Below, piece by piece: positions 1 through 11,538 of a stretch of DNA of 64,000 bases (its first letter is position 1; each line of letters opens with the position of its first letter). The position numbers and the translations under genes were made by a program. The stretch is from Blasia pusilla (lineage: Eukaryota): the NCBI GenBank assembly GCA_050084515.1, contig CM114271.1, forward strand, positions 25,544,001 to 25,608,000. The letters run 5' to 3'. A model generated the notes under the pieces. The model had not been told where the DNA came from and searched no databases. It worked only from the letters and a program-made list of their open reading frames with translations.

Positions 1-3000
1 ACCCTGGTCTATCAACACCTCAGCCGGTGCGCCATAATGACTCAGCACTCTGTCAAGGAAGGCATAAGCTACTCCCTCACTCTCTTTGTCAGGAAATACA
101 ACCAACTCGATTCAATTCGAGAAGTGCTCGACCATCACCAACACATAACGACTATGACGCTCGTCAAAGGCAAAGGTCTTGCAAAATCCAAACTCCATCT
201 ATACCCTAAGCCCATGATTGATAATGGATGCAATTGTGGAGTCGGAGTATTGAACGATGCTCGGACCCGATCACACACCATGCACTTGGCAACAAACTGC
301 TGAACGTCATTCTGCATGCCTCGCCACCAATATTGAATCTGGAGCAAGCAATACCTCCGCTTCATCCCAAAGTCACCCAACTCCTCGTGGGCATGTTGCA
401 CTAGTCGTGCTCTTAGCGAAGGATGTGGCACTACGCGTACTCTGCCATCCTCCCAAACCCTCAAAATATGTGTCACCTCCCAATGGAACCGTCTGGCCCG
501 CTGTAGGATCCGATATCGCTCTCTAGCACCCACAGTGCTTGCAACGCTTCCAGTACAAAGGTACTCTAAGACTACTCCATCATCATGAATATCTCGGCCA
601 CTTGTCGTCTCCTCACTTGCCTCGGGATCCAAGGACTCTCTACTAGACCTCGCCATCGAAGTCTCCACACTCTAGCTCTCCATAGCCAACATGCCTAAAT
701 AGGCTGACGCGTGCCATCCTGGCACTGACTCCTCATCACTCTCTCCATGCCATCGAGCTCCAATCGCATCTCGTTGACTCGGGCATGGGTTAAGACTCAA
801 CCCATCTACATCCTGGTTGAGCGTCCTAGGTCTTTGTACCACCTGAAAATCATATTCTTGCAACAATAGAGCCCATCTTGCAAGCTTCACTGTAAGCTTG
901 TCGGACTCCATCAATCACTTCAGTGGTTGATGATCAGTGATGATGGTAAAGGGGTTGGCGAATAAGTAACACCTGAAATGTGCGAGAGCCCACACGGCAG
1001 CCAAGCACTCACCCTCATACGAGATGTACTTCGCCTCTGCAGCATTGTTCGAGCGGCTAGCATAAGCCACCACGAACTCTCTACCCTCATCATCATGTTG
1101 GGTGAGCACCGCTCCAAGCCCCAACATGCTCCAATCTGTGTGCAACTGGAAAGGACGCCCCCTGATCGGTCTCCTCAAGATGGGCGCGGACATCAACCTG
1201 TCCTTGAGCAACTGAAATGCTCGCTCCTGCTCATCCCCCCAATGCCACTCGTGATCCACCTTGGTCAACAAGGTCAGCGGCTTTGCAATCGAACTGAATC
1301 CCTTGACGTATTGCTGATAGAAGTTCGCCAATCCCATGAATGCGCGAACACGACTCACATCTGTAGGGCGTGGAATGTGTGAGATAGCCTCTACCTTCAT
1401 CTGCTGAACACCAAGGTCCCCTGGATATATCGTATGACCCAAGTACTCAATCTGGTCATAGAAGAACTTGCACTTGCCTGCATGTAGCTTCAGCCCATGT
1501 AATTACAATCGTCGAAACACCTCCTCTAGATGTCGCTCATGCTCCTCAACCGTGGCGCTAAAGACTATGATGTCATCAATATAACACCTAGAAAAATCCA
1601 GACCAGCCAAGATCCTATCCATGACCCTTTGAAACTCAGCCGGGAGTTCTTTAACCCAAATGGTAAGAACCGCCACTAGTACAAACAATCCTTCCCGTGA
1701 GGATCGATGCCCCAAAATTCCGTCTTCTACCTGTCCTCCAATTTGATAGGCAGCTGATGATATCCGGCTCGCAAATCCAATGATCTGAAGACCTTTACAT
1801 GACCAATCACATAAAAGATCTCCTCAAGGGTGGGCATGGCATACCTATAAGACTTTGTTTGTCGATTGATAGGTCGGTAATCCCCACACATCCGCCTATT
1901 CGTCCAGTTGCCATGCACATCCTTCTTGGCAGGCATAACATTGGCAGATGCATACTCCCCATACGACATCTCCACTAGTCCTGCTCCGACCAAGTCCAGG
2001 CTCCTACTCTGAATCAGAACCCTCTCCATATCACTGTACCTGTAGGGTCGTCGAAAGATTGGCGTATCACTCGAGAACTCAATGCGGATCCGCGGTCCCT
2101 TCAGCGTACCCAAATCCTCCATGCTAAACACAAAGCAACTCCTATAACTCCTGAGGAATTGATGTATTCGGTGCGGCTCTCCTCCTGTCAACTTAGGGCC
2201 CATATCTGGCTCCTAAGTCTCCATCGTGACTACGGTAGGACTCTCCGGCGCGGGTATCGGTGGTTGCTATGGTGCAACCACGTCTTGAACAACAACACTC
2301 GGCCGCTCTCCTGCAACCAACTGCAAACTCTGATCTCCTCCACGTGCAGTGCCCAAAACCACGCTCGATGTTGTGGCTATCATCTCCTTGTGTACCTGCA
2401 AAACATCCCAAGAAGTCCAAGGGTGTCTCTCCCAATCTCCCTTGGTATGTCGATCTCCTCGGGTCTCACCCCAAGCCACTGCCTCCACCATCTCGGTAGG
2501 CATGGGGCTCACCAACGCAACCGCTGTGATCTGTCGCGATCTCATCCGACGCTGCCTAGCCACTCCCAAGCTCAAGATCCATGTCAAGCAATTCATGTCC
2601 ATCGCTTGACCCAAGACATGGCGTCGTGATGCCTCTGACACTGATGGTACTGCCGTCACTCCTGTGGGAAATCCCATTGCTTGCTCTCTCTCGTCGGCGT
2701 TGGGCTCCACCAACCGCTGAACCTGGTCATCCCAAACCAAGCCAGGACCGGCCTCCTTGTATGCATAGGAAGCGGGAAAACTCATAAATTTGGGAAAGGC
2801 TGCCCACGACCTGCCTACCCTGTTGACCACAGTCAGCGGTGGTCGATCATCGTGCCTCACTCACTGCTTGTGATTGACGACGTGGATCTAGAATGGAATC
2901 CACTAACAAATGGGAGGGGCGCTCCTCTCTCGCATACGCTCTCCATAACACCGCATGGGGCACCAAGTTGGTCCACCATAGACGCGGGCGATAGGCTCTA

Positions 3001-4380
3001 GAACCTACACTCGCCGCATCCAAGAACATTGTTGGGCCGATCAGGCACGCACCTGATAAGCACTCGTCACCACCCGTGATCTGGAGTCTCCTAAGATCGG
3101 CACATTCTCCAGAATGTAGGCTGGAGAACGAGATTGGTGCTCCTGCAACTGCCGTAAGACCCTCAACATCTTCCAAAACAATCTGGACCGAGTGTCAGCC
3201 AACCCGCTACCTCGTCTAGCACTCGATTGGCCTTGACATGGCCAACCGGCAATGACCAAATCAATGGTCCCTACCCGCTCTAAGTCCTGCGCCCCCAACA
3301 AGGAAATATCCCTCGGTAGGGAACTCTAGTACCCCTGTACCGCGGACGTAGACAATAAGTCAGGAAAACGGAGGCGTAACTGTGCCACATGTCGTAGTGA
3401 GACGTGCCTTGCAACATCATCACTCTCCACATACAGGTACTGCTGTACTCGCATTCCTGCCTGCAAATCAGCATTTAACCCAGTGCTAATCCCTCCAAAG
3501 AGATCTAACACTCGAATACCCTCCTCGGGATACACCACACAATGGGTGTGGTATCCAAGGGTGTCATCGTAGCACTCCCTCCTACCTCGGGTTCCTCAGA
3601 CCTATCTCGCTCTGGTGCAAACACCTCCACACGGTCTTCACGTTCTCATCTGCCAATCGTCGAAGCTTCTCAGTCGAGCCCCACAACGACACCTCTCCTC
3701 CACGAAATGATGCAGCTACCATAACACTCTTCTCCATAGAAATGTCAGGAATGGGAGTATCCTCTGCATGGACATGTCCCTCAATCAAATCACTAGGCCA
3801 AGTCATGGCACTGCTAAATACTGCTAAGGTTGCCATCTCTCTTGGCCGTTGCTCGATCACTGTACCTGTGAATCGAACGGGTAATGAGCTAAGGCGCCCA
3901 TCACCTAACTGCCATCCTGGTTTGTAAGACGCTGATTCCTCCCAATAATCCAGAGAAAACCCCATCGGGTATAACACTGCTCCACCAACCAAGACGTCGT
4001 AGGACTCTGCATCAGTCACTATCGCCTGGCGCGCACCACGGACTCATCTGTAAGATGTCATGGGCGAATCCTCACCACGACCTCCTATCGGGTGATATAC
4101 TGGTGGTACTCGCTCCATCCAAGGATATCTATATCCGGAATGGAAAACACTCCACATCGGCTCTCGTCAAGCCCAATCCTCTGAATGACGCCTTCCTCAA
4201 CATCAGGGGTTGGGCTCCTGAATCCAACAAGACGTGTTGCGGACTAAAAGCTCTACCTCCAGGACTCACCAACTAGAATACCTCTCATCAGTTATCCAAC
4301 AACATAACACTAGGAGAAGCCATGGCACGCTCTATCGCGGATCTAGCAGACATCTCCGCCATCCTAGCAACCGCAGCCTG
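1..4380 (-). mobile_element. Ty3/Gypsy LTR retrotransposon internal fragment (copy A), DNMT-carrying family, diverged subfamily; cut at 4380 by copy B
   Basis: Minus-strand ORF pieces in order: protease region (3582-4260), DNMT (2530-3545), RT (RMCGDYRPIN, LDLRAGYHQ, CYIDDIIVFS; 1443-2203), RNase H (LHTDWSMLGLGAVL, EGECLA, TDHQPL; 672-1442), integrase HHCC and core (HAHEELG..CMVC, WSLDFA; 1-668). Confidence 0.93.
2530..3545 (-). pseudogene. DNMT3-like C5 cytosine methyltransferase domain inside pol of copy A (frameshifted)
   Basis: Motif I VLDLFGGISTG, motif II YLYVE, motif IV IDLVIAGWPCQG, motif VI YILENV, motif VIII RPRLWWTNL, motifs IX/X EREQAMGFPTGVT..SRRHVLGQAM, in canonical DNMT3 order. 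Confidence 0.9.
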
Positions 4381-4747
4381 TGTCATGACCATACAAATTA
4401 TGTCGTAGAGTATAGTGTGCTAGTAGAGGCCATACCTTATGTAGGGTCGTAGTGTCTAGGTAGAGATGCGGTTTCATACATAGGGTTGGGGGTTACTCAT
4501 TTGAGGGTTACTTTTCCAGTAGGGCCCACTCTTAGGTTGGAGGATAAAAAGTGGAGTGCACTCAAAGAACAGTTAGTTCTTTGAGTTGAGCATGTGCGTT
4601 GAGAGTTAGCCTTGGTAGTGAGTAGAGCTCTTGGCTATGGTGGTTCTCGCAAGCTTTGACCTGGATTCTCCCATCGTGGCGTGGGTTTGGCTCAATTTTA
4701 TGTGATTCTATACGTGTTTTATGACAGTAGGTCTTTCACGGATTTCA
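4381..4747 (+). repeat. 5' terminal repeat (segment A) of copy B, TG...CA
   Basis: Matches the reverse complements of 55532-55896, 44728-45093 and 62326-62693; homology ends at GGATTTCA; TATA-like GATAAAAA at 4543-4550. Confidence 0.92.
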
Positions 4748-4758
4748 CTCATAGAACT
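4748..4758 (+). promoter_or_regulatory. Putative self-priming primer binding site
   Basis: CTCATAGAACT (CTCAAAGAACT in copy C, 55521-55531 minus) directly abuts the LTR end and is complementary to AGTTCTTTGAG at 4575-4585 inside the LTR; no TGG tRNA-type PBS. Confidence 0.7.
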
Positions 4759-6114
4759 CGAGTAGATCGATGGTAGCTTCGATTGTGGATGAGTAGGATC
4801 TGGTTAGGGCTGATTGTGTACTCAATCGTGGATGTTCGTGGCTTGTGGCCTATGTTGGAGGTGGGAATCGGATGCGTGGTTGGTTGGGAAAGAAGTGCCT
4901 AGTTGAGAGCTTTCCAACTCGCTTTAGATCTCCGGATTTGGTTAAGGGAGTTGGAAGTTATCAAGGATTGAAGATTCTAGTTCGTGTTCGACGGTTTTAT
5001 GATGTGGAGAGCTTTGAGTGCGGAAGCTCTGTTGAAGTTCATCCAAATCGGGTGAGAGGTTCATGCTGCTATTGTTATTGTGATCTCATGTGAAGCTATC
5101 TGCTTGAGTGTGTGGAGCGTTGCGGATTTCTACGTGCATGAATCTGGGCGGAAGCGCTGTCGAATTTGCGATTTTGGAGGTGTATGGACAGCAAGTTTGT
5201 CTGATTTTTAGCTCGGAGTACATAGCTCAATTGTAGCTAATTTTTTGTGGAGAGATAACTATGGTAGTTAATTGAATTATGGTTGAAACATATTCAATTT
5301 TGGTTGAGGATTTGTGGAGTAATTGCTGAATGGGGCATGTCTCGAGCATTTCTTGGCGTTTTGAGGCTTCGAGGCAACTCGTGGTAGCTCTGGGCGAGTG
5401 GGCGTGAGAGGCGGAGTAAGGAGCAAGGAGCAAGGAGCAAGCTTGCTTGCTTGGGCGTGAGGCAGTTTTTGCAGGATTTGTGATTTGAGTGTTGCATAAC
5501 TGGTCACCCATCTTTGGGCTATTATGCCGGGAAGACGCTTAATTGTTGAGTTCTTAACTATGCCAGTGTACACATTGGTGTAGCTCATTTGGTGTTGATC
5601 GGAGATGTGTTAGGCGCTTTATGCATCTCAAGTTTTTTGGTTGATGGACCTCTAGCGCATAGTACGGTGTAGCCTCTCCATGCAGGTGATATTTTCAGGT
5701 GTTGCGAGCCCGACTAGCATGTCATCGACCCGCGGCGGAGTAGCTATTTGCGTTAGAATTGTGTGGTGGGTTCTGTGGATTCAGGGGATGCCACGTTTGG
5801 TGGATTGTGTTACCTTGATTTCCATTTGCGATTGGAGGGTTGTCGTTGGACTTCCTGTGTTTGGATCCCCTCCATCGTTGCTTCTTGCTTGCGTGCCCAT
5901 TGTTAGGGTTGACGCTGATTTCCAGAGTAGTGTTACTCCTGTGTGCTACCGGTAGTAAGGCTGGAGTGATGACCAGTAGACCGTGGGAGGCTTCTTGTGG
6001 TGATGACATATTAAGTTGCCTACACCCATAGCTAGTAGAGCTAGAATAGTACAGCGACATCGACGTCACTTGGTTACTTAGTGGTGGTAATTTGGTGGTG
6101 GTGCGGCATCGGCG

Positions 6115-7335
6115 TTGGTCATCACGGAGCTGTTTGGTGGTCTAGTTGGGGACCGTGGTGCGGACAGTGGTGGTTTCACACAAAGTGGATTGAGGTATCG
6201 GCTACCTTTTCCACTTCCGACGGTTGATGAAGAGGAGGACGAGGATGTTCCAAACACCGAGTCTTCTACGTTGTTATCGAGTGTTGCAGCTCCATTGATT
6301 TGGGACATGGACGGGATATATGGGGCCATGAAGGGCCCACAACAATACTCGCGTACAGTGGGCACCATTGAGTTGGAGGACTTCATGCAGGAGTTTGATA
6401 CGTGGTGTGATATGCAGATGTTGCGGAATGCCACATTGTTTAGACCCTTCTTGGCTTGGAAGGGGTTGTTTCAACACTTGGAGGGACCACCCATAGATGA
6501 TTACCATAAGTTTAGGAAGGACCATGTTGCTGAGATTGAGGCGTGGAGACAATATTGGTCTCCAGGCTATGTGTCTATCACCCATGGTGGTATTGGTAGT
6601 AGTGCTCCTACTATGCCAGCCAGCCCGACGTTGAGTGTTACGAGTACGAGCCGGAGTGGGGGTACTAGTGGAGATACCAGTGGGGGTACTAGTGCCCCAC
6701 CATCGTTCAGCCCGGTTGCAGAGTTCTTCAAGAGGTTGAAGAAGAATTATCAGGGAGTGAAGACAGAGAAGTTGAGGAGTCTTCATGAATTTGAGCGAAA
6801 GATTGGTGAGAGTCTTCGTGAGGCATACACTCGTATGCGACGCTTGATTTCAGTTACCCAGGGTGTGACTGAGGCTCATGCAGTCTATTTTTGGTATGCG
6901 ATCTTGGACAAAGAGTTGCGCCGCAGGGTACGTGATGCTACTCTTATGAGTGATGATTCACCCACATTGACCCATGTGTTTGCTCTATCTGAGAAGATTG
7001 AGCTTAACATGGTGAAGGAGAGAGTGGTGATATCCGCATTCAAGAGGGGATACAACTACTACTTCGTGTTCAAAGAGCCCACCTCACAGTCTCGTAGTAG
7101 TGGTGGTGGTAGTAGTAGTGGGAGAGTCGGGGGATACACACGACCTCGAGTCAAGTCCTAGAGGACACTTGCGCAGAGACCATTCCCTTCATTTTGCCCC
7201 TGTGGAGCAGGACATTCATGTTGGACAGGACAATCATGTTAGGAAGTTTTGTCCCCAAGAGGATGGGAGACAAACTTTGGAGGATGGGCCTCAGTCGACC
7301 CCAACTCAATGTGATCATTGCGGGAGACCAGGTCT
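6115..7335 (+). pseudogene. gag of copy B
   Basis: 348-aa ORF with retrotransposon gag-like core (FERKIGESLREAYTRMRRL), followed by zinc-knuckle remnants (CDHCGRPG). Confidence 0.8.
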
Positions 7336-7386
7336 GCTAGTTGAAATACAAGAGACTTAGCTTGTGTATTTCAGCTAGCCGCCACG

Positions 7387-8000
7387 TTGTGTGAACGTGG
7401 GGGTGCTACTGCTACACGTGCTGAGGTGGATGAGGGTGTTGCGGTGGAGCGACCCTCTATGTCAGGTGTAGCATTGAGTACCATTGCTACTTGGCAGGCA
7501 GCAGCGACGAAGATGGATGTATTACCAGCCCGGACATCCATTGATCGTGAGAGGCTTACGCCTGATGTATATATGTTGGACAACCGGAGTGGGATATTCC
7601 GATTGGTGAGTCCTACAGGACTGGTGTATAGACCAGATAGAGTTTTGTTAGACTCTGGTGCCCAACCTTTGATGTTGGGAAAGGCAGCATGTATTGGTTT
7701 GGGTATTCGTAAGTCAGAGCTTGAGCCTTGCCCATTCCTGATTCAAACATCACTTGGAGGAGCCAATGATAGGTCTCAATTCATGACACGTGAGAAGTTT
7801 TATGTACAGTTGAGACCAGATCATGCAACTGATAGCTCCCGGTTCGGAGTACCTGCAGTGGTCACATCAGCCGAGTCGTATGATGTACTAGTTGGAGGAG
7901 CGATGTGTACCCGATGGGTTTCGAGATGGATTCGGTGAGACAACGTCTTATAGACCTGTTTGGCAGTCCGGGGATGGACGCATGAGCCAAGTTCATGTGA
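7387..8000 (+). pseudogene. Aspartic protease region of copy B
   Basis: VLLDSGAQPLML active-site motif and YDVLVGG C-terminal motif. Confidence 0.85.
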
Positions 8001-8349
8001 GATTTATTTATGGGGCTCGACCAAGAGGGTCTTCCCCAACGTTGTTAGCATCTGTGGCTAGTTTTAGTGGAGTAGTCACTTGGCAAGGAGAGTTTTTGGA
8101 GGGTAATGTTTCTGCTTTGGATTCTCATGTGCATGAGGAGGTAGAGGAGGTCCCTAGTTTTGAAAGAGTGGCATCCTCATCATTGGATGTGCCACTTTGG
8201 GTTCAGGCGGTGCACTACGGCATGAGGCTGATCGTCTAGTGCATGAGGCTTGGTGTGAGGCTGTTATACCTCACGAGGAAGAGGAGGCCCCACGGCGGAC
8301 TCCTACTTCTGGTCCACTTGGGTAATCCCCTTTGGATACTACTCCCATT

Positions 8350-9330
8350 GTATGGCAGTATCCGCCGGAGGGCATTTGTGTATTAGATCTCTTTGGTGGG
8401 ATTAGCACTTTGGTTTGATCTGATGTTGCGGCCGGTATTCTGGCGGAAATACGTGTATGTGGAGCGAGATGAGATGGCCCAGAGAGTCTCATGCCGACAT
8501 ATTGGTCAGTTAATGGGGAGATATCCTGAGTTGTTGCCGCCATCAGCTATTTGTGGGTACCAACGTGCTTTCCCGTCCCACATTGCATTGTTGGGGGCGC
8601 AGGACCTTGAGAGGGTTGGTCCTGTGGATTTGGTGATTGTTGGATGGCCACGTCAGGGTCATACACGTGTTGGTCGTGGATTACACGACCCGGTCTTGAT
8701 TTTTTTGGGAGATGTTACGTGTGTTACGACATCTTCACGTTCATCAAGCACGTGCTCCAGCTTACATTCTGGAGAATGTTCCATTGTTGGGTGACACTCA
8801 TACCCAGATGATGGCGAGTGTTCATGAGGTGCGTTCTTGGATTGGACCAGTGGTGTTGTTGGATGTAGCGCGAGTTGGCTTGAGTGCACATCGTCCACGC
8901 TTGTGGTGGACAAACTTGTTGCCTAGGGAGGTTCTACGTCGAGCATATGATGCAGTGCAGTGAGATCCTTGCCTTACAGTGGATAATATCTTGGATACTA
9001 GGCGACTTTCTCATGTGGTGAGGGTTATTGATCGATCACCCATGGCAGTGGTGAACCGTGTGGGCCAACCTAAGATGGCACTACCCACATTTGTGAGTTT
9101 TCCCTCGTCACATGCATACATGGAAGGTGGTCCCGGGCTTATATAGGATTCTCATGTGCGACAGTTGATGGAGCCTAGCGCTGATGAAAGAGAGCGTGCG
9201 ATGGGATTTGCTACTGGTATGACAGCGGTTGCTTCCATTTTGAGGCTTCACTACGTCATGTGTTGGGTCAGGCCATGGACCTGAATTGTTTGATTTGGAT
9301 TTTGAGTCTTGGTATGGCCGAGCAGCGTCG
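8350..9330 (+). pseudogene. DNMT3-like methyltransferase domain of copy B (frameshifts; catalytic PC changed to PR)
   Basis: ICVLDLFGGIST, YVYVE, VDLVIVGWPRQG, YILENVP, AHRPRLWWTNL, ERERAMGFATG, HVLGQAMD. Confidence 0.9.
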
Positions 9331-9429
9331 ACTTCGGACTATGTCTGTGGGTCTAGCTAAGGGTGTACCATCTTGTGAGGGGGTTGCGTAGCAGCCAATG
9401 GCATCGTCCTCTCCCTCTAGTATGCCAAT

Positions 9430-11538
9430 GGAGGAGACTTGGGAGCCACTACTTGGGCCCAAGCTTACGGGAGGTGAGAAACGACGCTTGACACAGTTCC
9501 TACGTGCTTCTAAGAGTTGTTTTGCCTTTAGCATGAAGGAGTTGGGTGCTCTGGTTGGATCCGGTATGGATTGATTTGGCTAGTGATACGCCAATCTTTG
9601 GTCGTCCCTACTGATATAGTGATATGGAGAGGGTCCTGATTCAGAGTAGGACGTTGGACCTTTTGGAGGCTGGATTAGTGGAGTTGTCGCATGGAGAGTA
9701 TGCATCAGCCATTGTCATGCCTGCTAAAAAGGATATGTATGGCAACTACACGGATAGGCGGATGTGTGGAGATTACCGTCCTATCAATCAGCAGACCAAG
9801 GCCGATAGGTATGCCATGCCTACACCTGAGGAGATCTTTGATGTGTTGGGACAGACAAAGATTTTTAGTACTTTGGATCTTCGGGCAAGATACCATCAGT
9901 TGCCAATTCGAGAGAGTGACAAGGCCAAGACAACATTTTGGGATGTCAACTCTCATGGCAAGGATTGTTTGTACCAGTGGAAATTCTTACCTTTTGTGTT
10001 GAAGAATATACCCGCCAAGTTTCAGAGAGTGATGGACAAGATCCTAGCAGGTTTGGATTTTGTTTGGTGTTACATTGATGATATCTTGGTGTTCAGTAAC
10101 ACGGTGGATGAGCATCAGATACATTTGCAGATTGTGTTTGAGAGGTTGAAAGCTCATGGTCTACGTTTGTATCCAAGAAAGTGTAAGTTCTTCCATGAGG
10201 ATGTTGAGTACTTGGGTCATGTGATCTATCCAGGTGGTTTGGGAGTTCAGCAAGCAAAGGTGGACGCTATTGCACTTATTCCTCGTCATGTAGATGTGAG
10301 TAGAGTTCGGGCATTCATGGGATTGGTGAACTACTATCGGAGGTATGTGAAGGGATTTAGTGCTATGGCAAAGCCTTTGAACCAATTGTTGAAATCAGAT
10401 CAAGAGTGGCACTGGGGAGATGATCAAGAGAGAACTTTTGTGCAGCTCAAGGCCCAGTTGGTGGCGGCGCCTATCTTGAGGAGACCTATCAGAGGGCGCC
10501 CATTTTAGTCACACACTGATTGGATTAGGTTGGGACTTGGAGCGGTATTAACACAACATGATGATGAGCACATGGAGTTTGTGGTGGCCTATGCAAGTCG
10601 TTCGAATAATGCAGCGGAGTCGCGCTATAGTTCATATGAGGGGGAGTGCTTGGCAGTAGTGTGGGTTGTGGCACACTTTAGGTGTTACTTGTTTGGCAAA
10701 TAGTTTACCCTTGTTATTGATCACCAGCCGCTCAAGTGGTTGATGGAGTTTGATAATCTTACAGGGAAGATTGCACGATGGGCTCTTATCTTACAGGAGT
10801 ATGACTTCGAGGTGGTACATAGACCTGGAGTTGCCAACCTTGATGCTGATGGGTTGAGTAGGAACCCATGTACTAGCCAAGAGGATGCAACTGGGGCTGG
10901 ATGGCAAGGCAAGGTTGATGAGGAGATGGTGTCAGGTTGGCATGCATCTGCCTTTTTATGTTGGTTAGGGGTGGACTCTATTATGGAGGACCACATGACA
11001 TCTTACTCTAGTCAGAGGGTAGATGGCCAACCTTCACATCCTAAGGTTGGAGATGGTGGTACGAATCATCGTGATATTCATGATGATGCGTTGGTGTTGG
11101 AGTTCCTATGGACCAGTAGGGTGCCAGACATAGTGAGTGCCAAGGAGCAAGACCGTGTTCTTCAACGTGTTAAGAGGTATCAATTGGTGGGAACACATAT
11201 TCTCCATGTGTGGGAGGATGATAGAGTACCAGTAGTGCCGCATTTGGCTCACAGAGAGCGCATTGTGCGACATGCCCATGAGGAGTTGGGACATTTTGGG
11301 GTAAAGCGTATGTATAACTTACTCCTTAGTTAGTATTGGTGGCGTGGCATGCATACTCACGTGCAGCAATTGGTGTCACGTTGTATGGTTTGTGATCGGG
11401 TGAGGGCATCATTCAATGCCCCTACACCACAGTTACACCCCTTGCCTATTATGGGGTTGGGTTACCGTTGGAGTGTGGACTTTGCGGGACCGTTACCGTT
11501 GACTGTACGACATCATCGATATGTGTTGGTGATGGTGG
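9430..11538 (+). pseudogene. RT-RNase H-integrase N-terminal part of copy B
   Basis: ORFs 9624-10508 (RT), 10740-11333 (RNase H end, HAHEELGH) and 11349-11555 (CMVC, WSVDFAGP), with in-frame stops between them. Confidence 0.93.

Larger units (their letters stand above)
4381..11538 (+). mobile_element. Gypsy-DNMT retrotransposon copy B, 5' end intact, truncated inside integrase
   Basis: Starts TGTCATGACC; LTR, long 5' UTR, gag, protease (VLLDSGAQP), DNMT, RT (CYIDDILVFS), RNase H, integrase up to RYVLVMV, then an abrupt switch to AT-rich DNA. Confidence 0.95.

Noticed and set aside
978-2629. Antisense ORFs over pol regions (also over copies B, C and the transposase)
   Set aside because: Shadow frames of the coding strand with no domains
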